Assembly: GCF_004376175.1 (NCBI RefSeq)
Contig: NZ_SNUY01000058.1
Span: 364-29,144 of the forward strand
Direction of reading: 5' to 3'
Source: Halalkalibacterium halodurans
GTDB taxonomy: Bacteria; Bacillota; Bacilli; Bacillales; Bacillaceae_D
DNA length: 28,781 nt
The position numbers and the translations under genes are program-made. Each line of letters begins with the position of its first letter. The stretch's first letter is position 1. Of this stretch, positions 16,105 to 24,219 are shown piece after piece. Under the pieces are notes generated by a model. The model was not told the DNA's origin, ran no database searches, and saw nothing but the letters and a program-made list of their open reading frames with translations.

Positions 16105-17454
16105 TTATTCTTTCGCTATTAGGAGTTTTGTTCCTGCCTCTTTTGTTCCCTGCTTCGTCGTAAACAGAATCGGATGAAGGCATAAGGCCATTCCTCCGAT
16201 GATGAGAAGCACAGCTCCGACAATCTGAAAGAGCAAAATGATGCCGATGAGATGAATAAGCCATGCCCCTAGAAGTGGTGGTAAAAGGATGGCCATGCTG
16301 ATCAAAGACTGATAGATTCCTGCCACCTGACTTACTTCCTGCTCCCTCGGCTCCGTCTGGATAATGTAATTGGAGACGACCATGGACGTACCTGTACCTA
16401 GCCCCGCGATCAATCCAAGCCCGATCGGAATCATCATGAGGAAGCCCTCCTGCAGCATCCCTATTCCCAAAAACGCAATCCCGATACAGATCATGGCCCC
16501 AGCCAACCACATCCCTACGTTACGCAGCTTCTTCATTCTGCCGAGAAAGGCCATCATGGCAATCGCACCAGTCCCGATCGCCGCCATGATCCACGCCACC
16601 ATTTGGGGCTGAGCGGCTGCAATTTGCCGAAATAAGACTGGGAACTGAATATCGACCATTTGAATTACCGACATTCCTAACAAAGCAATGGCGAAGGAAA
16701 AGTAAATGACCTTTCGCTTAAAAACGACTTGCCAGCCTGCTTTCCAACTTGCCCAGAACGATGACTGATTTTCCAAAGAAGTGTCCTTTTCTACTACTTT
16801 CACGTTACGAAACAAGGTCGTCAAGAGAAGCGCTGATAATAAAAAAGCAATGCCATTTAAGAGAATGAGCGTGTGAGGTGAGAACGCCGTTAGTAACGCT
16901 CCACCCCCCATCGGCCCAATGATTTTCGCCGCTTGAGAGACGGCGCCATTCCACGTAATCGCCTGCAATCGTAAATCGTCTCGTATAAGCTGCCTAAGCA
17001 AGCTTTGTTGGGCAGGGTAATGGACAACGTTGACAGTCGCTCGCAATGAGATGATTCCTAACACAACGAGAGGATGACCAGTGAACAAAAGCGAGATTGT
17101 GAGTAAAGACGTTACCCCATCCGCTACAGCCATAACCTTCACTTTGTGATACTTTTTAACAAATACACCAGCAAATTGGCCGAACAACATTTGCGGTAAT
17201 GCAAAGGCAATTGGAATGAACGCTAACAATAGCGGATCAGCGTTCCATACGTAGCCGAATAATACAAGAAGGGCGACAAGATCGAGCCACTGCCCAACCA
17301 TTGAAATGCTATAAGAAGTAAAGAGCTTTTTGTAACCTGGTTGCTGCCAAAGAGTCTCTCGTTTTTTCGTGGTCTTCACAAGAACCTTTTGTTTATGTGC
17401 TTCTTCCCATTCATTTAAACGATCTTCCACGATCGCCTCTCGACACGGGTCCAT
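16105..17454 (-). CDS. MFS transporter (MFS_3 / EntS-like type) with ~40-aa charged N-terminal extension
   Basis: 449 aa, 12-TM-like profile. Its start is 16 nt after the stop of the preceding ORF. Confidence 0.85.
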   Translation of the reverse strand: MDPCREAIVEDRLNEWEEAHKQKVLVKTTKKRETLWQQPGYKKLFTSYSISMVGQWLDLVALLVLFGYVWNADPLLLAFIPIAFALPQMLFGQFAGVFVKKYHKVKVMAVADGVTSLLTISLLFTGHPLVVLGIISLRATVNVVHYPAQQSLLRQLIRDDLRLQAITWNGAVSQAAKIIGPMGGGALLTAFSPHTLILLNGIAFLLSALLLTTLFRNVKVVEKDTSLENQSSFWASWKAGWQVVFKRKVIYFSFAIALLGMSVIQMVDIQFPVLFRQIAAAQPQMVAWIMAAIGTGAIAMMAFLGRMKKLRNVGMWLAGAMICIGIAFLGIGMLQEGFLMMIPIGLGLIAGLGTGTSMVVSNYIIQTEPREQEVSQVAGIYQSLISMAILLPPLLGAWLIHLIGIILLFQIVGAVLLIIGGMALCLHPILFTTKQGTKEAGTKLLIAKE

Positions 17455-17470
17455 TTTAGCCGCCTACTTT

Positions 17471-18667
17471 CTATAAGGACAATGTCCCGATGTTTTCAAC
17501 TTGAACTTCTTCTCTCACTTCACTAGCTACTGTCAAGATTCCGCTTATAAGGCGTCCCTTTCTCTGAATTAGCGCTTTTTGCGTAGCATGCTGAACAATT
17601 ACTTCGCCAAGGATATCCATTTCGCCAATCCGTTCGTTCAACAACGATTCTTCAATGTCCTCAGAAAGTGTTAAGATCCCATCAACAATGACCTCCGTCC
17701 CCTTTTCTAACCCAAGAAGGTCGCTAGCCGTCCAATCCTCCTCTTTTCCTACGTAACGCAATTGATTGGCAAAGGTGAGAACATCGGTTTCCAATCGTTC
17801 TAATCGTTCATAGATAAGATCTTCAATGTCTTCATGACAGACGATGAAAGAGGTGGAATGAATCGACGAAATGGCCTGTTCGAAAGCCTCTCGCGAAATT
17901 CCAGCTTCAAAGATAATCGGAGATTCCGTATAGATGGACTGCTGGCGAAAGCGCCGGATCGAGCGAGCATTGATTCGAAGGGAGGACGAAATCGGTTCAA
18001 ACCCTTCAGGAATGACAGTTGCGACTCCTGTTACTTGACCTTTTTGGTAAAACGCTGCTTGTTGGTTACTGTAGACCTTCACCTTCCCATTCACTTCAAT
18101 CGCCCAAATTTTCTCGTGAAAGAGGTCAAGATCAAGATCCGCCGCTAACGTTAATTGTCCATTGACGATCAGATGCGTGTTCGTTTGCAACCCTTGTAAA
18201 TAACCGTTCGTCATCATAACGACTCCTACTTCCAATCGTGGTGGCGCTCCTTCATATACTTTCACTTGTCCCGTTCCTTCCTTCAAAATGAGCCCAATTG
18301 CTCCCTTCAACTGAGGTGGAACAAAAAGGTTTCCTGTCATTTTTAATTGACAGGCCGTTCGTTTGATATGCTCGACCGTTACATCATGATCTACGACTAC
18401 GATTCCGGTCACAAGGAGCGTCATCGGTTCATCCACCGCTTCTAAATAGGCGGCATCCAACGTACAGACACCCGTGACAAACCGTGCATCCCCTGGAACC
18501 TCCAAGGTGGCACCTATATTTCCAATCGCTAGTTTCGTTAAAAGGTGGGCGTTTTCTTTTCGATATAGCACCGTACCAACATTCTTAATCGAATCCACTT
18601 CTTTAATGCTATCTTCCGTCGCCTCTAACAAATTTAAAACCCCGATATTGCCAAACGTGCGGCCCAT
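17471..18667 (-). CDS. Uncharacterised soluble acidic 398-aa protein with ~55-aa internal repeats; candidate non-canonical partner of the upstream ECF sigma factor
   Basis: Long ORF whose ATG lies 1 nt after the sigma gene stop. It has no TM-length hydrophobic stretch and no HxxxCxxC. Internal repeats are visible by eye (aa 62-116, 165-218, 325-380). Confidence 0.75.
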   Translation of the reverse strand: MGRTFGNIGVLNLLEATEDSIKEVDSIKNVGTVLYRKENAHLLTKLAIGNIGATLEVPGDARFVTGVCTLDAAYLEAVDEPMTLLVTGIVVVDHDVTVEHIKRTACQLKMTGNLFVPPQLKGAIGLILKEGTGQVKVYEGAPPRLEVGVVMMTNGYLQGLQTNTHLIVNGQLTLAADLDLDLFHEKIWAIEVNGKVKVYSNQQAAFYQKGQVTGVATVIPEGFEPISSSLRINARSIRRFRQQSIYTESPIIFEAGISREAFEQAISSIHSTSFIVCHEDIEDLIYERLERLETDVLTFANQLRYVGKEEDWTASDLLGLEKGTEVIVDGILTLSEDIEESLLNERIGEMDILGEVIVQHATQKALIQRKGRLISGILTVASEVREEVQVENIGTLSL

Positions 18668-18668
18668 A

Positions 18669-19142
18669 CTATCCTTCCTCCTTCATGTACTCTCGTAACT
18701 TTTTCACCGCAAGTCGAATGCGGTAACGCACCGTAGAAGCCGGTACGCCTACTTTTTCACTTATTTCTTGACTCGTTAGCCCAAGCCAAAAATGCTTGAA
18801 CACAAGATCACTTAACGATGCTGGCAGCTTAGACAAAAGATCGACCATTTCTACGTAAGATGTTCCTGCTGTTGTAAAGGGCGGGATCACACTATCATCC
18901 CAATCTGTTTCCCGCTTTTCCTTTCGCCTAATATCGATGAGCTGATTTTTCATCACCCGATAAAACCAAGCCTTTTGCTTATGCCTCGGCCAATCCAGTA
19001 ATTCCGTACACCTTAACGACTTTTCCATCGCGTCTTGTATTAAATCGTTCGCCTCTTGCTCGTTACGGCTAATGGTACGAGCAAATCGATATAGATCCTG
19101 TTTCAGCTCCTCATATAGCTCACTCACCTTCACATACGTCAC
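18669..19142 (-). CDS. ECF-type (group 4) sigma-70 family RNA polymerase sigma factor
   Basis: 157 aa with region 2 (ANDLIQDAMEKS...WFYRVMKNQLIDIRRK) and region 4 HTH (LTSQEISEKVGVPASTVRYRIRLAVKKL). The exact start is uncertain: GTG 19142, or GTG 9 nt downstream. Confidence 0.85.
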   Translation of the reverse strand: MTYVKVSELYEELKQDLYRFARTISRNEQEANDLIQDAMEKSLRCTELLDWPRHKQKAWFYRVMKNQLIDIRRKEKRETDWDDSVIPPFTTAGTSYVEMVDLLSKLPASLSDLVFKHFWLGLTSQEISEKVGVPASTVRYRIRLAVKKLREYMKEEG

Positions 19143-19280
19143 TCACCTTTTCGGCTTTTTCTTTTTCACTTAGATAACGAATGAAACCGAGAAATTGATA
19201 ACATGAAAGGAAAAAAATTTTTTGATGGCAATCAGGGGATCGTTCGGTTAGGGGAACCAGCATCATTGGGAAGGATGAAA

Positions 19281-19306
19281 ATACCCCTATCGCGATGATA
19301 GGGGGT
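19281..19306 (-). terminator. Terminator of the hmoA-like gene
   Basis: Stem cccctatc / gatagggg with a 5-nt loop, followed by tattttcat on the minus strand. Confidence 0.5.
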
Positions 19307-19312
19307 GACTCG

Positions 19313-19621
19313 TTATTTTTTCGCTAACACTTCATAAACGTCTTGACGGCCATCCAATATGTATGAAGGCTTTGGTATCCCACGATTTTCCCGATGTCCA
19401 GCTAGATGGGCGTCACTTTTCTCCCAAGTTTTCCACGCTTCTTCCGATTCCCAGCGAATGATGACCACCACTTCCTCATCTCCACGGCGCTGTTTTTTTC
19501 GCAGGATGTTCATATCAATAAACCCCGGCTGTTCTTCAATGAGTCCTTTACTAGCAAATTTTTCGACGATTTTATCGCTATGTCCCTCTTCTACACGTAG
19601 TGTTTTCACTTGAAAAAACAT
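19313..19621 (-). CDS. hmoA: ABM-domain heme-degrading monooxygenase (HmoA/YetG-like)
   Basis: 102 aa. RRGDEEVVVIIRWESEEAWKTWEKSDAHLAGHR is the ABM/IsdG-like core. Start at ATG 19621 (AAAGGAGG + 9 nt). A Fur site lies in the promoter. Confidence 0.7.
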   Translation of the reverse strand: MFFQVKTLRVEEGHSDKIVEKFASKGLIEEQPGFIDMNILRKKQRRGDEEVVVIIRWESEEAWKTWEKSDAHLAGHRENRGIPKPSYILDGRQDVYEVLAKK

Positions 19622-19644
19622 GAGATCATTCCTCCTTTCCTCCA

Positions 19645-19674
19645 ATTATATTTGATATTGATTATCATTATCAA
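19645..19674 (-). promoter_or_regulatory. Putative sigma-A promoter of hmoA (TTGATA-18 nt-TATAAT)
   Basis: -10 at 19645-19650 and -35 at 19669-19674 on the minus strand. Confidence 0.45.
19653..19673. promoter_or_regulatory. Fur operator: two overlapping 7-1-7 boxes offset by 6 bp
   Basis: tgatattgattatca (19653-19667) and tgattatcattatca (19659-19673) each differ from TGATAATNATTATCA at one position. They overlap the -35 and spacer of the hmoA promoter. Confidence 0.65.
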
Positions 19675-19714
19675 ATATAAAGTGGCTGCCTCGGTGCTAC
19701 CAAAGTGTTCAAAT

Positions 19715-20101
19715 TTATTCTTTACAGCATTGAAATTCTTCCAAAACTTTGGATTTGTCGCCATAAACCTTTTCTAGGTGATCCTCTCCCCAATAGCATA
19801 AAAGGTCTAGCGCAGGTTTTAATCCCCATCCATAGGGCGTTAACTCATACTCCACTTTAGGAGGGACCTCGTTATAAACCTTGCGTGTAATGATCTCATC
19901 CTTTTCCAAACCCCTGAGCTGAGTGGTTAGCATTTTTTGAGTAATGGCTGGCATTAACCGACGGAGCTCAGACGTTCGCTTACGACCTGTCATTAAGTGG
20001 TATATAATTAAAGGCTTCCATTTTCCTCCCATTACTTCTAAAGCCGCTTCCACTCCAACTTGATACTTCTTTTGACCGCCATTTTTCCTCTGTTCCGTCA
20101 T
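19715..20101 (-). CDS. HxlR-family winged-helix transcriptional regulator
   Basis: GGKWKPLIIYHL..G.KRTSELRRLMP.ITQKMLTTQLR.LE.D.II.RKVY.EVPPKVEYELT is the HxlR signature. Confidence 0.85.
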   Translation of the reverse strand: MTEQRKNGGQKKYQVGVEAALEVMGGKWKPLIIYHLMTGRKRTSELRRLMPAITQKMLTTQLRGLEKDEIITRKVYNEVPPKVEYELTPYGWGLKPALDLLCYWGEDHLEKVYGDKSKVLEEFQCCKE

Positions 20102-20340
20102 CTCCTAACCCTCCGTTACAAGGCTGTGTTTGCTTAGAACAACCAGTCCCCTCAACCCGTTACTCAGATTCGTTTTTAGGGGCTCTGCCTAGGGAACTTC
20201 CATGTTCCTATGGCACCTGGATCATCCTATAGAACTTAAAAGTACCTACTTCCAGATAATTTCCTTACTGTTTATAATAGCATCAGCCATTGATCAAGGC
20301 GAGAAATTAGTTGCTAAAGAAAGGTAGTGAAGATACAAAC

Positions 20341-20919
20341 ATGAAAGTATTAACCGTTGTTTCACACCCGAGAAAAGATTCCTTGACCTTTGAGGTAGCC
20401 GAGCATTTCGTAAAAGGCCTTACCGAGTCTGGTCACGAGTATGAAATATTGGATTTGCATGAGATTGGTTTTGATCCTGTTTTAAAAGGGGTAGATGAAC
20501 CGGATTGGTCAGTTGCGGAACAGCCATTTTCCCCTGAAGTAGAAATGGAAATAAGGCGGATGAAGGAGCATGATGCCTTGGCACTTATTTTTCCACTTTG
20601 GTGGTGGCATTTGCCGGCTATGCTAAAAGGGTATATTGACCGAGTATGGAATAACGGGTTTGCGTACGGTGCAAATCACCTTCATCATCAGCAAGTCTTG
20701 TGGATTGGTTTGGCCGGTGTTTCGAAAGAACAGATGAAAAAGCGTAACTATGATGAAATGATTACTCATCTGCTCAATGTGGGAATTGCAGATTATTGCG
20801 GTGTTTCCAATTCCAAGGTTGAATTCTTATATGAGACACTGGATTCCCATCCCAATCATTACGAAATGCTGCTGAACGAAGCTTATCGCTTAGGATTGAA
20901 CTATGACAAGGATCATTAA
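20341..20919 (+). CDS. NAD(P)H dehydrogenase (quinone) / flavodoxin-like fold FMN reductase
   Basis: MKVLTVVSHPRKDS... and IFPLWWWHLPAMLKGYIDRV match the Flavodoxin_2 family. It is divergent from the HxlR regulator. Start at ATG 20341. Confidence 0.8.
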   Translation: MKVLTVVSHPRKDSLTFEVAEHFVKGLTESGHEYEILDLHEIGFDPVLKGVDEPDWSVAEQPFSPEVEMEIRRMKEHDALALIFPLWWWHLPAMLKGYIDRVWNNGFAYGANHLHHQQVLWIGLAGVSKEQMKKRNYDEMITHLLNVGIADYCGVSNSKVEFLYETLDSHPNHYEMLLNEAYRLGLNYDKDH

Positions 20920-20966
20920 TATTAAAGAGCTCCGTTTTATGCAAAATGCTCAATATAACAAAACAC

Positions 20967-22202
20967 TTACGCTCTCTGGGTGGTTTCCTCGGAACCAACA
21001 GGCTGATGATTCAGTTGATAAAATACGTGCATCCTCCATGCAAGCAATGTAGATACGAGCATAAGCCCGCCAAGAATGAGAAATAACACTTGAAATCGGT
21101 ACGCCTCTGCTAGGAGACCTCCTACTCCGGCTCCTAATGGAATCGCTGATTGGGCGAGCAAGGCCCGTACAGTAAACACACGGCCACGCAGATGTTCTGG
21201 TACCCGCCGCTGGTAAAAGGTCGTATTGTTAATCGTAAACGCCATTGCGAAGAAGCCTTGCATGGTTGCAATCCCAATGGCAATCCAGATGCTTGTAATG
21301 AACCCAAGGGCCATCATGAGAAAGGAAGAGACGGTCAAGCAGCCGAGCATCACACGTCGCAAATTTTTTGGTGGTGGGTACAATCCGCACAAAAATGAGC
21401 CAAGGACCATTCCTAAAGAATAGACTGACATAAACAAGCCGTACTGAAATTCCGTCCCATGTAAATGCTCAAGGACGTAGGGCAAAAACATAGGCAAAGC
21501 AGCACCACTGCTAAAATTAATCATCATCATTAGCAAACCAACCGAAAACAACACTGGATATACTTTGTAAAAGGACATCCCTTCTTTGAACATTGTCAGC
21601 CATGAGGCTCGATCATTCGTTTTCGCGCGATGTACACGATCCAGCATTAAAAGCAAAAAGCCTGATACCGTTAAGGCGATCACAATAAAAACGAGCAGTG
21701 GCAATGGACCGACTAAGACGATGAGTCCTCCGCCTAGAGCGGGACCGATAAGCATGACGATTTGCATTGTTCCTTCGAGGATCGAATTGCCTCGCTGTAG
21801 ATGTTTTTCCGGTAAAATATGAGCCACATAAGCCATCCCAGCAGGGCGAAACAGCGGTTCCGCAATCCCGGTGAGCACGGCTGCCATAATCAAGACGGGA
21901 GCCGTTAACATGTCTCCTACCAACAAGACGGTCGGCACGAAAAAGGCGACGGCACGAATCCACTCGGACGCAACCATTACCACTTTATATTGAAACCGAT
22001 CTAGATACGGACCTGCGACTAGATTGGTCAGCAGCTTTGGAATCATAAAGGCAATCCAAACCCCGCTCATCGCGACAAGGGAGTCGGTCAATTGGTACAT
22101 GAGCCAACTGACTGTAAACGTAGTGAAGGTACCTCCAAGGGCGGAAACGCTTTGTGCGATCCACAAAACGACGAAAGGCCGTTTAAAAAAAGGCTGATCC
22201 AT
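20967..22202 (-). CDS. MFS transporter (MFS_3 / EntS-like type)
   Basis: 411 aa, 12-TM-like profile. N-terminus ...FVVLWIAQSVSALGGTF is typical of this MFS subgroup. Confidence 0.85.
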   Translation of the reverse strand: MDQPFFKRPFVVLWIAQSVSALGGTFTTFTVSWLMYQLTDSLVAMSGVWIAFMIPKLLTNLVAGPYLDRFQYKVVMVASEWIRAVAFFVPTVLLVGDMLTAPVLIMAAVLTGIAEPLFRPAGMAYVAHILPEKHLQRGNSILEGTMQIVMLIGPALGGGLIVLVGPLPLLVFIVIALTVSGFLLLMLDRVHRAKTNDRASWLTMFKEGMSFYKVYPVLFSVGLLMMMINFSSGAALPMFLPYVLEHLHGTEFQYGLFMSVYSLGMVLGSFLCGLYPPPKNLRRVMLGCLTVSSFLMMALGFITSIWIAIGIATMQGFFAMAFTINNTTFYQRRVPEHLRGRVFTVRALLAQSAIPLGAGVGGLLAEAYRFQVLFLILGGLMLVSTLLAWRMHVFYQLNHQPVGSEETTQRA

Positions 22203-22286
22203 TGGTCACACGCTCCCTTCAATGATGGATAATAATCGTCCCTCCAACTGTATAAGTCCTTCTCTGCGGGAAAAACGCAACTAATG

Positions 22287-22324
22287 AAAAAAGCGCCAGG
22301 GGTATAGACACCCCTAGCGCTTTT
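22287..22324 (-). terminator. Rho-independent terminator of the coat protein gene
   Basis: 10-bp GC-rich stem gcgccagggg / cccctagcgc, whose imperfect pair is G-U on the minus strand. A T-run follows on the minus strand. Confidence 0.7.
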
Positions 22325-22331
22325 CGTTCGG

Positions 22332-23015
22332 TTAGTTTTGATACATTTGGCCTGCCTGTGGCATTTGCGGCTGACCGTTAGCCGGTGCGAAGCCAGACAT
22401 CATTTTTTGCATATCTTGCTGTGCCAATTGTGGTACTTGATAATAGGCATGTTGGTTTTGGTAAAGGAAAAGCTCATACGCCATTTCGACCACATTCGGT
22501 ACACTGTCAGCAAGCACTCGGCGAACGACAGGATTGGTTGCCTCTAAGGAAGCCGTCGTTAGCATGGTTGCCTGTGATTTCATTAATCCAAGCATATGAC
22601 CGGAAATTCCTTGGTCAGAAACTTCGTTGATCGATTGCATTGGTTTCTTCGGCTGGCTTGGTTTAAAGCCATAGGTGACATTATTGCTAAGCTGCATGTT
22701 GTACACCTTTGTTCCGTGGGAAGGCTTGCTTCCTGTATTGAAACACTCACACAGAATGTTGTATTGATCGGTCAAAAACGAATACTGACGATCCAAAATG
22801 TTCAATAACTGCTGATCTTTCACGAAGGTGCGGAACATCATATATTGGTCTAGAACGCCGATGGTACTCGTCAAGACTTCCTGAACATCAAACACCTCAT
22901 GACCGCCATGGCTCAAGTTACTAGGCATTTGAGTCGAATTCATCTGTTGTCCTGGCGCCGGCATTTGTTGCTGGTTCATTTGTTGGTTCATCTGCTGATT
23001 GAATTGAGTGTTCAC
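22332..23015 (-). CDS. Spore coat protein, Coat_F (CotF-like) family, with Q/M/N-rich termini
   Basis: The HEVFDVQEVL...DQYMMF region resembles the Coat_F domain. GTG start with GGAGG 9 nt upstream. Confidence 0.65.
   Translation of the reverse strand: MNTQFNQQMNQQMNQQQMPAPGQQMNSTQMPSNLSHGGHEVFDVQEVLTSTIGVLDQYMMFRTFVKDQQLLNILDRQYSFLTDQYNILCECFNTGSKPSHGTKVYNMQLSNNVTYGFKPSQPKKPMQSINEVSDQGISGHMLGLMKSQATMLTTASLEATNPVVRRVLADSVPNVVEMAYELFLYQNQHAYYQVPQLAQQDMQKMMSGFAPANGQPQMPQAGQMYQN
22962..23000 (-). repeat. Imperfect 12-15-nt tandem repeat encoding NQQM-NQQM-NQQQM
   Basis: catttgttgctggtt / catttgttggtt / catctgctgatt on the plus strand. Confidence 0.7.
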
Positions 23016-23138
23016 AGGTGAAAACCTCCATTGATCTTAGTGGTGTTACGCCATTTAGTATGCGCGTGCACACGCCTACTTTACCTCACTTTTTTTGCCA
23101 ACGATCTGCATGGATGGTCACCCTGCAAACACCATATT

Positions 23139-24050
23139 CTATAGGTAGGAAGCTGATTTGGACTGTACTAAAATTTCGCTAAGGGCGTCATCGATCGTTT
23201 CGTATTGGAACGTAAAACCTGCCTGAAGCAAGCGTTCTGGTAAGACCCACCGGCTTTTTAAAATGAGCTCAGACTCTGTTCGCAATAAAAAGGTACCGAT
23301 TTCGAGCATCCATGCGGTTGCAGACAAGCCAATTTTCATATTCATGGCACGCCGGATAGCTGTCGTTAACACTTTATTGGAAACGGGGTGCGGGCTTGTA
23401 CAATTAATTACTCCTTCAAGCGCTTCTTGTTCTTCAATAAAGCGAATCACACGGAATACGTCCTCTACGTGGATCCAACTGACCATTTGCTTTCCTGAAC
23501 CTTGTTTGCCGCCAAGGCCGAATTTCGTCAAATAGCGATACGGTGTCAGCGCTCCTCCATCACCGCCTAAAACAATGGAAATTCGCAATGCCGTTTGCCT
23601 TGTGTCCGGCAATTGAAAGGAGAAGAATGCCTCTTCCCAAGCTTTCGCCACATTTTCCGAAAAGCCAGATCCGAGTTCACCATTTGCTTCGGTCATTGGT
23701 CGATCTTCAGCGTGGCGATAAATGGTCGCCGTACTTGAATTAAGCCAAAGCTTTGGTGGCCGCTCGCAAGCTAACACCGCTTCACCTAGTTTGTTAGTCG
23801 TGTCAATCCTCGACTGCAAAATCGCTTTTTTATTTTGTTCATTGTAGCGGCAGTTCACCGACTTTCCTGCTAAATTGACGAGCATGTCCGCCCCCTCTAA
23901 CGCTTCACGAACAGCCTCTGAATCATCCCATGAAACGTGTGGAGCCCTTCTCGAAATAATTACGACTTCATCGCCGTTCTCCACAAAGCGTTGTTGCAAG
24001 TATTGACCGATAAATCCTGTCCCACCAGCTAACACTATTTTTTTCGTCAT
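23139..24050 (-). CDS. yfhF: TIGR01777-type SDR (NAD-dependent epimerase family with DUF1731 C-terminus), YfhF-like
   Basis: 303 aa with an N-terminal Rossmann fold IVLAGGTGFIGQYL. The overall length and C-terminal domain are typical of the family. Confidence 0.8.
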   Translation of the reverse strand: MTKKIVLAGGTGFIGQYLQQRFVENGDEVVIISRRAPHVSWDDSEAVREALEGADMLVNLAGKSVNCRYNEQNKKAILQSRIDTTNKLGEAVLACERPPKLWLNSSTATIYRHAEDRPMTEANGELGSGFSENVAKAWEEAFFSFQLPDTRQTALRISIVLGGDGGALTPYRYLTKFGLGGKQGSGKQMVSWIHVEDVFRVIRFIEEQEALEGVINCTSPHPVSNKVLTTAIRRAMNMKIGLSATAWMLEIGTFLLRTESELILKSRWVLPERLLQAGFTFQYETIDDALSEILVQSKSASYL

Positions 24051-24137
24051 CTAATCCCTCAATTCTTGGCAAATAGTTCTTACCTCTAGCTTAGCAAATG
24101 AATCCACTTTTTCCGACAGTTAAAACAAACTTTTATG

Positions 24138-24166
24138 TTGACTTTCTTCATCCGTTTTTTTATAGT
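24138..24166 (+). promoter_or_regulatory. Putative sigma-A promoter of the siderophore-binding protein gene (TTGACT-17 nt-TATAGT)
   Basis: -35 at 24138-24143 and -10 at 24161-24166. Confidence 0.45.
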
Positions 24167-24184
24167 AAAGATTGTGAACGATAT

Positions 24185-24199
24185 TGATAATCATTTTCA
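24185..24199. promoter_or_regulatory. Fur box (TGATAATCATTTTCA)
   Basis: One mismatch to TGATAATNATTATCA. It sits just downstream of the putative -10 and 21 nt upstream of the start codon. Confidence 0.6.
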
Positions 24200-24219
24200 C
24201 TTATAAAGGAGCACAAACA

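Noticed and set aside
15866-16510. 214-aa minus-strand ORF overlapping the MFS gene and the small membrane ORF
   Set aside because: It is an alternative frame of the MFS transporter. Its R/H/G/S-rich composition is typical of an out-of-frame reading, and it has no RBS.
19182-19187. TGAAAC (ECF -35-like hexamer) upstream of the sigma operon
   Set aside because: It is on the plus strand, the wrong orientation for the minus-strand sigma gene, and no CGT-type -10 lies 16-17 nt downstream. I could not identify a convincing autoregulatory ECF promoter in 19143-19280 on the correct strand.
21613-21963. 116-aa Arg-rich ORF inside the second MFS gene
   Set aside because: It is the same-strand alternative frame of a clearly real 12-TM transporter gene, and its composition is implausible for a real protein.
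24179-24193. Second, overlapping Fur box upstream of the binding-protein gene
   Set aside because: cgatattgataatca has three mismatches to the 7-1-7 consensus, so only the 24185-24199 box is reported.
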